Shown: positions 1 through 12,330 of the stretch, in pieces
Layout of the letters: every line of letters starts with the position of its first letter
How positions within the stretch are numbered: the stretch's first letter is position 1
From: Octopus sinensis
Lineage: Eukaryota
Length of the DNA: 64,000 nucleotides
Assembly: GCF_006345805.1 (NCBI RefSeq)
Contig: NC_042998.1
Span: forward strand, 197,718,001 to 197,782,000
Reading direction: 5' to 3'
Translations under genes and position numbers: made by a program
Notes under the pieces: generated by a model
Told to the model about the DNA's origin: nothing
Seen by the model: the letters and a program-made list of their open reading frames with translations, nothing else
The model's database searches: none

Positions 1-685
1 GGTCAACTTTACCTTTCATCCTTTCGGGGTCGATTAAATAAGTACCAGTTACGCACTGGGATCGATGTAATTGACTTAATCCCTTTGTCTGTCCTTGTTT
101 GTCCCCTCTGTGTTTAGCCCCTTGTGGGCAATAAAGAAACAGATATTCCGTCTAACGCTACGTTCTGAGTTCAAATTCCGCCGAGGTCGACTTTACCTTT
201 CATCCTTTCGGGGTCGATAAATTAAGTACCAGTTACGCACTGGGGTCGATATAATCGATTTAATCCCTTTGTCTGTCCTTGTTTGTCCCTTCTATGTTTA
301 GCCCTTGTGTGCAATAAAGAAATAAGAATCGTTAGCATGCCGGACAAAATACTTTGTGGCATTTCGTCCGTCTTTACTTTCTGAATTCTAATTCCGTCGG
401 GGTCGACTTTGCCTTTCATCCTTTCGGGATCGATAAAATGTTGAGCACTGGAGTCAATGTAATCGACTAATCCCTTTTTCAGAAACTGCTGGCCTTGTTC
501 CAACATTGGAAACGGATTTAGTAATTATGACATGTCTATCTAAAATCTTCTCTCTTTTTACGCAATATTGCGGAACATCTGTGTTGTTTCTCAAATTATT
601 CAAATAGCAAGGAAAATACAATAAGGGCAAACCATCAGATGACTCACAGTTTTGACTGTTTCTCAGTCACAAGAAGAGAAGTCCA

Positions 686-891
686 TACTCTTTTACTCTT
701 TTACTTGTTTCAGTCATTTGACTGCGGCCATGCTGGAGCACTGCCTTTAATCGAGCAACTCGACCCCGGGACTTATTCTTTTTGTAAGCCTAGTACTTAT
801 TCTATCGGTCTCTTTTTGCCGAACCGCTAAGTTACGGGGACGTAAACACACCGGCACAATGCTAGGGGGACAAACACACACACACACACAT

Positions 892-942
<51 letters not shown>

Positions 943-1106
943 CGACAGGCTTCTTTCAGTTTCCGCCTACCAAATCCACTCACAAGGCATTGGTCGGCCC
1001 GGGGCTATAGCAGAAGACACTTGCCCAAGGTGCCACGCAGTGGGACTGAACCCGGAACCATGTGGTTGGTTAGCAAGCTACTTACCACACAGCCACTCCT
1101 GCGCCA
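686..1106 (-). mobile_element. ~400-bp tRNA-derived SINE with internal (TA)n(TG)n; further copies near 3953, 10567, 14864, 23630, 32053, 38040, 46740, 49409, 50430, 59650, 60862, 62003
   Basis: Head GGCGCAGGAGTGGCTGTGTGG..GGGTTCAGTCCC, CORE-like CTTGGGCAAGTG, tail CAGTCAAATGACTG hairpin plus (AAAGAGT)n. Confidence 0.85.
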
Positions 1107-1844
1107 TATTGCATTTTTGGGAGAAAAAAATGTTTATTTAAATATAACTCAAAATGAATAAAAAGTGAAGTAGATGGAATGTAGGGATATAAATTATCTT
1201 CAAACAGAATGGTTTTCTATGAGTCAACCAACAAGACAAGGCTAGGGGTATATCTGGATCCCTGACAAGACAGATTTAGTATGAATGTTGGTAATCAAAT
1301 TTGAAGAAGCTAAATTCTATTTCCTTGGGTATCCTTTTACCTCCGGTGATATTATACTTTTTAATGCTCTAGTCACTCAGCTTTTATAATTTCCAGAGGT
1401 TTTGATGACCCATGTGCGTATAATCCGGAAACCCTAAGATGTAAAACTAGAATTTATTCTTCCGGATGTCGTAGTTCTTCGGATATGACATTTGTCTAGC
1501 TATATTACTTATTCTGATCCCTCGAATGCTATTGTTGTTACCCTTAAATCAGCCCTGATCGACCAGACTTGTGATCCCACTCATCCCGTTTTTACTTATG
1601 TATAGGTATGAGTGTGATCACACTTTCCCATGTTTACTTTTTTTTCAATGGTAAATTGTAATTTGAAGAAGCTCTAGTTGATCATTTTGGCGGGTCGAAC
1701 GTCCGCATTGGAGATTCCTCGTTAGCTTGACCTCAGATGCCATAATCTCAGAACGTATCACTAAGAACCAATTCTCATATTCTGACGTTTTTGTTTTCAT
1801 GACTATAATATATTTTCTCCCTTCAATATGAATGAGAAACTTAC

Positions 1845-2054
1845 CTGCGCCCAGGTACGTCATTTCTTCATATCTTCCACTGACTGTATTTATTTCAGTC
1901 AGAATCCGTATTTCATCATCGGGTTCCATTGTGCGCGTCCTTGAAGCTATCTCGAAATAGTAATGGTTTGGACGACATGTAGACTCTGTGGAATTGGTAC
2001 AGTAAAGGAGCAGTGCCGTGGAATTGTAGTCTGTTGAGACGATCCTCACTGTAA
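1845..2054 (-). CDS. Lipocalin exon 4, (V)TVRIVSTDYNSTALLLYCTNSTESTCRPNHYYFEIASRTRTMEPDDEIRILTEINTVSGRYEEMTYLGA
   Basis: Acceptor TTATTATTTTTCAG|, donor CAG|GTAAGT (phase 1 to 1). Contains lipocalin SCR2 (TDY then ALLLYC) and SCR3 (EIASRT). Confidence 0.85.
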
Positions 2055-2161
2055 CTGAAAAATAATAAACACACATATTACACGTTGTTTATTTGCATAA
2101 TTTTCGCTACATGTTTTGCAGGTTTTCGCTAGTTACTTAATTTTTGCTGCAGAATTCTATA

Positions 2162-2557
2162 TCTTTATATATAAAAGTGAAGTTGTGTCTGTCTCCTACG
2201 ATTTAGATTCCTAACTACTCCCACATTTTGCGGTGCAGTTTAACCAAAACCGGGTATCTTATAGTCGTGTTTCATATCGAGCCCTTCTGGGTATTAGCGC
2301 GCGTCTACGATGAGTCTACGATTTTTAAAATAATTTACCATAATTTTTTCCCATTTTAATGCATTTTTTCGCTATTATATAAGGGAAGTAACTCTCTAAA
2401 AATGTCTACGATGAGTCTACGATTTAAAAAAAAATTTACCATCATTTGTTTTCCATTTTTAATGCATTATTTTACTATTTTTTTGCTATAACTCTCTAAA
2501 AATGCTTATATAGTTATTTCCCTTACAAACCCGAGCAACGCCGGGCGATACTGCTAG
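2162..2557 (+). mobile_element. Non-autonomous Helitron, same family as 19906-20201, with an internal ~100-bp tandem duplication
   Basis: A|TCTTTATATATAAAAG...CCCGAGCAACGCCGGGCGATACTGCTAG|T. The segment gtctacgatgagtctacgatt...aactctctaaaaatg is present twice. Confidence 0.85.
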
Positions 2558-2569
2558 TATATATATATA

Positions 2570-2768
2570 GCACGAAGTTTTGTCAATGAACAGGTCGCGG
2601 TCTCAAATTGAGAAAAATATTTTGACAAATTGAATTTAAATGTTGAAGTGAATCTAACGGTTTTTGTGTGTTTCTTAAATGGCTTATAAACACCTTCCAC
2701 GCTGCAATTGTTTTCGTTCCAGCACACGATCTCAGATCAGGTCACTTGCTATGCAAGTACATCTCCGT
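2570..2768 (+). mobile_element. Single-arm copy of the hammerhead-bearing fold-back family (ribozyme core mutated)
   Basis: Same sequence as the right arm plus tail of 35329-35665 and 51208-51551. Confidence 0.8.
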
Positions 2769-4130
2769 AATATATATCTTTAAAAAATGAAACGTAATAT
2801 ATATCTTTAAAAAATGAAACGTTCCTATATACATGCATTCACGCTTACATTCACTAATACACATACACACACACGCACTATAATATTTGTGCCTTCAGCA
2901 ATTCGTTTCCATGTCTGTGTCACCTCTGCGCACATCGGACGCCTCTTCGAACTATGAAACACAGACCATGCTTTCCGCGCTCGCACTTCCAGGGACTTAC
3001 CTCTTTATGATCCCACTTTGGTCACGATGCGCATAGAATAAGTTACCTGGATTTGTGCATCCAGCATTTCTCATGCAGTTTTGTTCTATTTGCTTTCCCA
3101 CAGCAATCCCATTTAGTTAGAGTGCCAGACACACTAGGCTTCTGCACTTCATTTAAGACACCTACCACAGAATGCACTCTTCTACCAGATATTTTCCTAT
3201 CAGACCAAGGATTGAGAACAGCAATCTCTGCCTCGGCTCCTTTCAACGAAAGTCCGCAGCTGCACCGTTCCCACGTACATGTATAACCAATTCGGCGAGC
3301 TGGCAGAAACGTTAGCACGCCGGGCGAAATGCTTAGCGGTATTTCGTCTGCGTTACGTTGTGAGTTCAAATTCCGCCGAGGTCGACTTTGCCTTTCATCC
3401 TTTCGGGGTCGATAAATTAAGTACCAATTACGCACTGGGGGTAGATGTAATCGACTTAATACCTATGTCTGTCCTTGTTTGTCCCCTCTGTGTTTAGCCC
3501 CTTGTGGGTAATAAAGAAATAGGTATCCAGTTATGAGCAAACTCACTTAACGCTGTTCCCAAGCTGATACGTACGAAGCCAACACGCACGAAACTAGACG
3601 GCACGCTCTGTACACAACCGACCCTGTATGCTGTTGCAACCCACTCGAATATGTACTTGCTGTCCTAAATATATATCCCCAGATATCCTCTCTTGTTACC
3701 TTTCATATTTCTGGTCTTGCATTACACCCACCAATATCCTGTACACTTTATATTCTTCATTCACGGATTAGAATTGTGTTAAATTTTCGCACAGTGCACA
3801 TCTCTGTCAATTTTCCTAGCTTCGTTTCGTTTTTGAAAACCTCATTAAGCGGTGAGAGTAATGAAAGTGATTGTTTCCTGAATTTTTAGCCAAGAATCAA
3901 AACCCCAGACTAGATTTTTTTTCCATAGGCTCCTTTCTATTGTTCCCGGCAATACTCTTTTACTTGTTTCAGTCATTTGACTGCGCGGCCATGCTGGAGC
4001 ACCGCCTTTTAGTCGAGCAAATCGACCGCGGGACTTATTCTTTGTAAGCCTAGTACTTATTCAATCGGTCTCTTTTACTGAACCGGGGACGTAAACACAC
4101 CAGCATCGGTTGTCAAACGATGTTGGGGGA

Positions 4131-4180
<50 letters not shown>

Positions 4181-4553
4181 CATATATACGACGGGCTTTT
4201 TCAGTTTCCGTCTACCAAATCCACGCACAAGGCTTTGGTCGGCTCGAGGCTATAGTTGAAGACACTTGCCCAAGGTGCCACGCAGTGGGACTGAGCCCGG
4301 AACCGTGTGGTTGGTAAGCAAGATACTTACCACACAGCCACTCCTGCGCCTATATATTTATGTAAATTTATGCAAGTCAACTATCATAAGTTCTGTTCTT
4401 TGACTTAACAGCTCAACGGAGATTAACACGTTCAATGGAGATAAAAGCATTCATCTTCTTTTGTTCTCCAACCTACTTTCCAGCTTTCGAACATGTATAA
4501 ATACAGAACACTAAATAGAATTCTTCTTCCTTTATTCGGCATCGCTGCCGATG

Positions 4554-4616
<63 letters not shown>

Positions 4617-5579
4617 GGCACTTTGCCAAAGGAAAATGCTTCTCTCTTTTTTTTCATCCAACACTTTGGCGCATGAATATGTCTAAATCTTTCTAGAATC
4701 CCTATTTCTCTTTGCTATCCGACTCGTGGCCGGAACTACGTGGCTACTGTTCTAACTACCAACATCCCGTCATCGCTGTAAAACAGCCGACTGCTACAGC
4801 CTTCGTATGTTGTTCTTAACGAAGAACTGACTCACAAATAAAATCTGTAAGAAATAACCATTGTCCTTCTGTTGGTTCATTGAGTGCATATCACACTGTC
4901 CCACGAAATTTAGATAATCTACTATTAAAACTACTAACCGCCGCATCCATTACATCTATCAGTAATATTCCAAATATAATTCCATACAGTTAGCTTCACA
5001 TATATTCATACAATTTATATCTCTACAAATATCTAAACCATTCATCTGCAGTCAATATGACTCTTTACACGAGTATATTCACGAGAAAGTTTCTTATCGA
5101 AGATACGTCTCGCCTTCACCTTCGAAACGTAGAGTAGATGAAACCATGGCGACTGAAGAAGGGGTTTTTTCCTTGTGTTATTTGTCCTGTACTCTATTTT
5201 TTTGTTGTTTAAGAAAAATGTCCAGTTCCTTGGGTTTGTGTCTATGTTTTCGTTTCTCATTGTGTTCGACGTTTTTTTTTGGTGTCCTGTACTCATATAT
5301 GCGTGTATATATACATGTAGAGGTTGGTACGTACATATATGTATATATATATGCATATGTTTTATTTATTAATATATTATATTCAAACAATATTTCCATT
5401 TATATACACTGAAACTTTATTCCTATATTATTTTTATATCCGTTCACGCTAAACACCCATATAGTTATCTATGCATACCGTCAAACCATACATTAATACG
5501 ATAGTTTCTTCATATTTTCAAGCGTTTTATCACAAGAGAAATACAAAAATGCAAGAGAAATATAAAATAATACACTTAC

Positions 5580-5635
5580 CGTTCTTCTCCGTTTTTGTTA
5601 CCCCAGTTACAGGTGTCGAGTGAAGCTTGTTTTCA
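5580..5635 (-). CDS. Lipocalin exon 3, (S)ENKLHSTPVTGVTKTEKN
   Basis: Strong polypyrimidine acceptor TTTTCTTTTCTTCGCAATAG| and donor G|GTAAGT. Phase 2 to 1 exactly bridges exon 2 and the TDY exon. Confidence 0.7.
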
Positions 5636-5864
5636 CTATTGCGAAGAAAAGAAAAATCATTTATATTACCGAAGTGCTTTAGTTGTAGCAGAGAGTATTC
5701 GGGCTAAATTTGACGATTTTAATGTCTCCTTTCTTTCAAGAACAGCTTGACGTATTAGTGAGCAGTGAACGGTGTCGGAAAGCATGAAGAAGAAAGAAAG
5801 TCGTCGATGAGAAAAAGGCAGCTGACTTGGAGGATTGGAAGCCATTTGAATACTGGAAAAGAGT

Positions 5865-6320
5865 TACCAGTATCATGGTGACTCGCGCCGCGTATTAACA
5901 ATAGGGACGACACGCCTGCTGCTCAATGCTCTCTGGACACTATCAAGGCTGTAAGACGTGACCTGGAGAGCTGCAACGGAGACTACGAAGCAGTGACAAG
6001 CAGGAAGGGACACAGAAGGCGTTCTGAATGTGTCAGCACGACAGAATTTATTCAAAGGCTGACGAACAGGACGCCAGGCTCAATTCAGACGATTATGTGA
6101 ATCTGTTGGAGACCGTGTGCAAACCCTGGCTGGAGAAGGTTGCTATTGAAAGGCCATACATGCTGCAGCAGAAGCGACTGTCCGAGAATTTGTACGACTT
6201 CACCAGCCCCAATTTCTGGCCTCCTAATTCCCCAATTGTAATCCCATGGATTACTACGTATGAGGTGCGGTTGAGAAAGCCACTACCAGCTCTGCCTACC
6301 ATACAAAGGCCGGGTTGATG
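5865..6320 (+). mobile_element. Internally deleted Tc1/mariner-superfamily transposase fragment
   Basis: LNSDDYVNLLETVCKPWL...FWPPNSP then (frameshift) CNPMDYYV, the WPxxSPDLNPxD motif. Confidence 0.75.
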
Positions 6321-6944
6321 GTCATGGACTAGTTTAGTGTTTTACAGTCTTATGAATATCAAGTTTCAAAAGGTGTACATAAAGACATTATCAATTATTA
6401 TATAGATGTCTATATACTGGCGGATCGGCATCAAAAGGCTGACTGTATGCTATTCTAGAGATCATGTCGGAGTAATTTAAAGAGTTTCAAACTTAAACCA
6501 GAGGTTACAGGAGTCACAAATCTGAGTCAAGAGTATATATTGTAATATATCTGGATGTATGATTAAATATTGCTATTCTTTCCGCTTATCTTATGTTCCA
6601 TAAGTATGATGACTATGTGTGTGTGTGTGCGTAGACGCACACACACATACACACATATATTCATAATTATATTAGAGGGTACACGAAGCACTAGCTCACT
6701 AGAAAGTGGAAGTAAAAACCCACAACTTAACCACCAATCTCATTGAAAATATATAACGGACCAACAGAAATCGGGTAAATGAGCAGAATTTAACCTCCTA
6801 TCTCAGTTCGAAAGTCGTAGAATGAGGTAACAGATATATCTGGATCATGATTTGGAATTCTGGCTAGAACCTCAATTCTCCTCAGCAGGCCTTATCTGTC
6901 TGTATGTATGTATAGCTAAAACTAGTAAAGCAGTAAAACAGTAT

Positions 6945-7146
6945 GGATGGAAGCACTCCGTCGGTTACGACCACGAGGGTTCCGGTTGATCCGACCAACG
7001 GAACAGCCTGCTCGTGAAATTAGCGTGTAAGTGGCCGAGCACTCCACAGGCACGTGTACCCTTAACGTAATTCCCGGGGATATTCAGCGTGACACAGAGA
7101 GTGACAAGGCCGACCCTTTGAAATACAGGTACAACAGAAACAGGAA

Positions 7147-7177
<31 letters not shown>

Positions 7178-7347
7178 TTGTGGTGAAAGAGTACAGCAGG
7201 GATCACCACCATCCCCTGCCGGAGCCTCGTGGAACTTTTAGGTGTTTTCGCTCAATAAACACTCACAACGCCCGGTCTGGGACTCGAAACCGCGATCCTA
7301 TGACTGCGAGTCCGCTGCCCTAACCACTGGGCCATTGCGCCTCCACT
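6945..7347 (-). mobile_element. tRNA-Arg-derived SINE (octopus OR-type); other copies 24933-25318 + and 33102-33470 +
   Basis: Head GGCGCAATGGCCCAGTGGTTAGGGCAGCGGACTCGC..GGTTTCGAGTCCC with A/B boxes. 13-bp TSD AGTAAAACAGTAT. Confidence 0.85.
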
Positions 7348-7934
7348 AGTAAAACAGTATATCACTACAATGAAGTAACATGTTTTATCTGGTCTCACTG
7401 GTCCCATGTCGTGATTAATGAGCGGTTCTGCTTGACGTTAACAAATCATACACGTGCCAGTACACAGGCCTCTCCTATATTATTTATGTCTGCTATAATA
7501 CCTTCCCACGGGGTCAGTCTTTCCTATAAACATGGAGGTGTGACACTGTATTGGGTGGTTTAATTGATTCTACAGCCTAGGCTTGTTAACCTTGGTTGAC
7601 AACTAACTTAGGAAATGGTCACGCTGATATAAAACCAACAGTTTAATGGTTCAATCACCGCCTCATCAGACCGAGCTACTTTAACCTTAACAATGGCTTA
7701 AAAAGAGAGGAATTAGTGAGCGTAAATATTGATATCGGATTACAAACAATCAATCATTTAGCTGAAAGATCAATACTTTTTGTACTTGGGCAGTCTGGAT
7801 ATTTTAGAACTCCCCTTTCTCGTGTTTCATCAATGGTAAAATTGGATACAATAAACTTTTCATTCAAACGATTTAAAGCTTAGCTTATTTTCTATTTGTT
7901 TAAAAACATTCAGATTAAAAAGGACGAACTTTAC

Positions 7935-8062
7935 CTTGCATCCGTTTCCACAAATGAAATACTTCCTCTTGAGTTTGAAGAAAATTCTTTAGCCTTAATT
8001 TTGACTTGATCATTTTGGACAAATTTCTTGCTCTTCCAAATGGTGTACCAAGGTCCTGAAAA
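7935..8062 (-). CDS. Lipocalin exon 2, FSGPWYTIWKSKKFVQNDQVKIKAKEFSSNSRGSISFVETDA
   Basis: Acceptor GTCAG|TTT, open 128 nt, donor AG|GTAAAG (phase 0 to 2). Carries the GxW motif exactly where expected after exon 1. Confidence 0.8.
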
Positions 8063-8176
8063 CTGACCACCAAAGGTTGATTATGAATATGCTGACGTGC
8101 AAATATATTTTATGTATGTATGTATGTATGTATGTATGTATGTATGTATGTATGTATGTATGTATGTATGTGTGTG

Positions 8177-8210
<34 letters not shown>

Positions 8211-8226
8211 TGTATGTATGTATGTA

Positions 8227-8257
<31 letters not shown>

Positions 8258-8260
8258 ATG

Positions 8261-8294
<34 letters not shown>

Positions 8295-8439
8295 TGTATG
8301 CATGTATGTATATGTGTATGTATGTATGTATGCATGCACGTATATATGCATCTCGTATGTATGCATGTTTTCTTTTTCTCTATTAGATTTAGAGTTAATT
8401 TGGTCCGCCCACCTGCTTGGAAGCAAGGTTGTGAAACTT

Positions 8440-8830
8440 AAGAAAGTCTTGCAGATTTTTACTGTTCCAGATATTGTGACTATTTGTAGCTTACAGATTA
8501 AAGTGTTGTATTCTCTCCCCTACAACCCAAGTTCAGCCATACTTTGCTCCAGGCATGTTGGTATATATCCTATTAATCCAATAATAGTAAACACGAATCC
8601 TGGATTTGCAAACTTCTGATCCACGTGATTAATTGTATGTAGAAACTCTGGGGGACTATTTATTTTTAACTGACAGTTTCGTTCCTTGGTTACGTTCTCC
8701 TTGTTGCAAGTGCATTTATAAGATATATTTTCCTCCGTCTGTTGGATCCTGTAACATTGCTTGTCGCATTTCGCTTGTACGCATGTTATTTCACCGGGAT
8801 ATATTTGCATTTTTGCCAGTCAAGGCGATC
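8440..8830 (-). mobile_element. Degenerate R4/Dong-like C-terminal fragment
   Basis: FVFTIIGLIGYIPTCLEQSMAELG, similar to the C-terminus of 29365-30170. Confidence 0.5.
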
Positions 8831-8982
8831 ACCGACATTTAACTCGGTTCTTTTCTCTTGTTTAAAATATCTCTTGAGATTTCTAGTTTTGTGAATCAGT
8901 CACTGAGTGCATATATGTAGATATATATGTGTGAGAGGGCATGTGTGAGAGCGTATGTGTGTGAGTGAGTGGGTGAGTGTGA

Positions 8983-9031
<49 letters not shown>

Positions 9032-9340
9032 AGTGTGTGTGTGATGATGTGTGTTTGTGTGTATGAGTGTGTAAACTTGCACTGAAGAAGTAGCTGTTGC
9101 CACACGAATCACGTTAGTATACAAGCGTGTGGACTTCATAACTGCTTATGTGCGTGTATATGTTTTTGTACTGCTTACGTGTTTTCATACTATTATGCAC
9201 GTATATATGTAGATACATTGATAAAATTTTGAAACAGCTGCTCACGACATGTATGTCATCCTCAATCTAATTCTGCTGTGAGTGCATAGGTGTCACTGTT
9301 AGATGCTAACTTGCATCCTAATCTCTTTTGTGTATCAAGT

Positions 9341-9835
9341 TGTAGCAGGGTTCGAAAGCGAATCGATAAACTGCCAAGTTAAAATCACAGCTTACCAACA
9401 GCCTTTTCATGTAATCGGCCGGGTTGTTGACCAATGAGCGTTGAGTTGTTGACCAATGAGCGTTGAGCTTTGGACCAATCAGCATCGAGACACCACGTAA
9501 TGCATCGTTCTAGAAGCCGAGAACGTTCCTTTACAAAGCCTATAAATAGGTACGTTTTGAGTGCTAAACTTCAATTTGTTGCCGCCCGCAACTAAGCTAA
9601 CCATATTCTCTTAGGAGCCATTCTCATGGCTTTCACTCAACCTATATAGTAACTCTAGTTCACGAACCCAGTATGCATATTTTCTCCTGTCTAGGCAGTT
9701 TATTTACAGAGCTTTCTTAATAAACTATTTGTAAGAGTTGTCCTCTCTAGTGTATAAACTTTGTTGTCGCATTTTTAATTGATGAACAACATGGAAAATA
9801 TTTGTGCGGTGAAATAGAATTCTGTTATTTGTTCA
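9341..9835 (+). mobile_element. Solo LTR (495 bp) in lipocalin intron 1
   Basis: TG...CA termini flanked by a perfect 5-bp duplication CAAGT (9336-9340 and 9836-9840). Internal CCAAT x3, TATAAATA at 9541 and AATAAA at 9719. Confidence 0.85.
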
Positions 9836-11086
9836 CAAGTGTTGCCCATTCATTTTACGCGGCCAGAACCCATCTCAACTACCAGCATCTCATATCCTTC
9901 ACCCTATATCTATCATGGCAACAGTTAACTAAACCTCGTGACAATGTATAACCGTTGTTTCTTGTTCCAGTAGGGCAAAAGTATATCCATCAAACAAAGA
10001 GTTAATATCGAGGTTGTTGGTTCAAGATAAGCTACTTTGGTCATCTATGTTAAGTTTCTGGTAACATAATCAAATATGTACGCATGCATATGGAACAAGA
10101 TTTCTTGTTAGATTTGAAACCTGAACATATGAATCACTGACTCGCCATGTACCATAATACACCATGGAAGAACCTCAAAGGTAGCTTTTTATTTCTTGTT
10201 TGTTTGCTAGCCCGGCAAAATATTTTCCACTTGTTGGTCGCATTCGACCAGTCATATGAGTCCACTTGAATCTGTTTCACGACGAATCTGCATTATGACA
10301 ATTATAAAAATCGATATTTGTTTAACATTCCATGATGAAAAATATCTAAGACGACAAAGAGCAATTTCCTATCCGGCTCAGGCGATGCAATATATGTTGA
10401 CAATTTTTTCTCATACACACACACAAATAGTGTTATATGTACATGCTCGTAATGACAAGATACTCTGTGAACTTTGGTTAACCAGAAAACTTTTTGCTGT
10501 TCATTTTCTTTAACATTTCTGAATCCGTTGTGATGCAGTTAACTCCGTTTAGTGTTCAAGAAAATTTCCATCTACCAAATCCACTCACAAGGCTTTGGTC
10601 GGCCCGAGGCTACAGTAGAAGACACTTTCCCAAGGTGCCACGCAGTGGGACTGAACCCGGAACCATGTGGTTGGTAAGCAAGCTACTTACCACACAGCCA
10701 CTCCTGCGCCTTTTAAAATAATTTATAGCTTTCATTGATTGAGACTGGTGAACATCTGAAAGCTTTCCGGATACCTAACAGATTAGAATTGGTAACCTGA
10801 CAAAGTGCACGACATCTTTTTTACTTACTGGACCCCTTGACCTTCACAGGCTCTCTTAGATCGGTGAGTTTGGTGCTATTAACGTTCCTCTTGAAGATTT
10901 CTATGCGAACACTCGCGACAAAGATTTGAACAAAAAGAGAATTCCCGAGGTTCGACGTTTTAGAAAGGAAGGAATGAACGTACCGATTATTGCGGGGAAC
11001 ACAATAAAGGAGATAAGAGGATGGGGCGGGGGTGGGAGCGAGTTGGGCGGCAAAACATAATTGGAAGTGCTATGAACCTAGCTAAG

Positions 11087-11690
11087 GTGGCGAGTTGGCA
11101 GAAACGTTAGCATGACGGGCGAAACGCTTCGCGGTATTTCGTCTGCCGTTACGTTCTGAGTTCAAATCCCGCCGAGGTCGACTTTGCCTTTCATCCTTTC
11201 GGGGTCGATAAATTAAGTACCAGTTACGCACTGGGGTCGATGTAATTGACTTAATCCGTTTGTCTGTCCTTGTTTGTCCCCTCTGTGTTTAGCCCCTTGT
11301 GGGTAGTAAAGAAATAGGTATTTCGTCTGCCGTTACGTTCTGAGTTCAAATTCCGCCGAGGTCGACTTTGCCTTTCATCCTTTCGGGGTCGATTAAATAA
11401 GTACCAGTTACGCACTGGGGTCGATAAAATCGACTTAATCCGTTTGTCTGTCCTTGTTTGTCCCCTCTGTGTTTAGCCCCTTGTGGGTAGTAAAGAAATA
11501 GGTATTTCGTCTGCCGTTACGTTCTGAGTTCAAATTCCGCCGAGGTCGACTTTGCCTTTCATCCTTTCGGGGTCGATTAAATAAGTACCAGTTACGCACT
11601 GGGGGTCGATGTGATCGACTTAATCCGTTTGTCTGTCCTTGTTTGTCCCCTCTGTGTTTGGCCCCTTGTGGGTTGTAAAGAAATAGGTAT
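11087..11690 (+). mobile_element. Meta-domain-like SINE, head plus three tandem 184-bp 3' units; other copies 1-480, 3293-3526, 36445-36836, 38183-38420 (+) and 53083-53312 (-)
   Basis: GGCGAGCTGGCAGAAACGTTAGC head, GAGTTCAAATTCC B box, GCCTTTCATCCTTTCGGGGTCGATAAATTAAGTACC core. Units start at 11133, 11317 and 11501. Confidence 0.85.
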
Positions 11691-11847
11691 GAACGTAGAC
11701 TGCTCTAAGGAGAAGCTGCAGCAGAGAAGGGCGCAGAAAGAAAACATTGCGCCTATGGACCAGAGGCTGGAACAAATTTGTGTACGACTTTTTGCCAATC
11801 AGTCGGGCAGCCCTTTTCTAGATGCGGTCTAGAATGTCTTTGTATAC

Positions 11848-12097
11848 TTCCTTCCTTCTCGAGTCATGCCAGGCTCATAAGGGTCAGTTTCCCGGTTTCA
11901 GTGGCATAGAAATTCTCCACCTGGACGGGACGTCGTCCGTCGCAGGATTACTCATTTTTGCCAGCTGAGTGGACTGGAGCAACGGGAAAATGAAGTGTTT
12001 TGCTCAAGGACACAACGCATCGCCCGGTCCAGGAATCGAAACCACAACCTTACGATCATGAGTTCAACACCTTAACCACTAAGCCACGTGCCTCCAC
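11848..12097 (-). mobile_element. tRNA-derived SINE with Deu/Nin-like central domain
   Basis: tRNA-like head followed by CCTGCGACGGACGACGTCCCGTCCAGG. Confidence 0.6.
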
Positions 12098-12099
12098 TC

Positions 12100-12330
12100 T
12101 TTGTATACTGCAGCAACACCGTCGCAGATGTTAGAGCAATACTCCGTTGTAGATACCGCACGAGCTTTGTAGAGTGTCAATAATTGTCGGGGGCTGAGAT
12201 ACCTATCGGACCCGAAGAGGTCTAGTCTCTGCGATGCGGTCCTAGCTGTGTTTAACTGATTTTTTTGTTGTTAGGATAGATCCCCATTGAGAGCGAGACT
12301 TAAGGTTGGAACGATTTCGAGGTGCCTTCA
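12100..12330 (-). mobile_element. CR1/L2-like LINE fragment
   Basis: TASQRLDLF...YLSPRQLLTLYKA...EYCSNI, resembling the post-RT region of CR1/L2 ORF2. Confidence 0.6.

Noticed and set aside
3001-3290. Open frames and strong donor-like sites (3046, 3000) inside lipocalin intron 3
   Set aside because: No acceptor gives a phase-compatible, stop-free exon, and the translations match nothing I recognise.
5114-5152. Extra lipocalin exon (VAMVSSTLRFE[GE]), and a 9-nt microexon near 4836-4844
   Set aside because: Both are phase-compatible, but the first has weak or GC donors and lies in repeat-like sequence, and the second has no independent support. cDNA is needed.
11087-11690. Regularly spaced repeats resembling a CRISPR array
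   Set aside because: The units are full 184-bp SINE bodies with no unique spacers, and there are no cas genes in this eukaryotic context.
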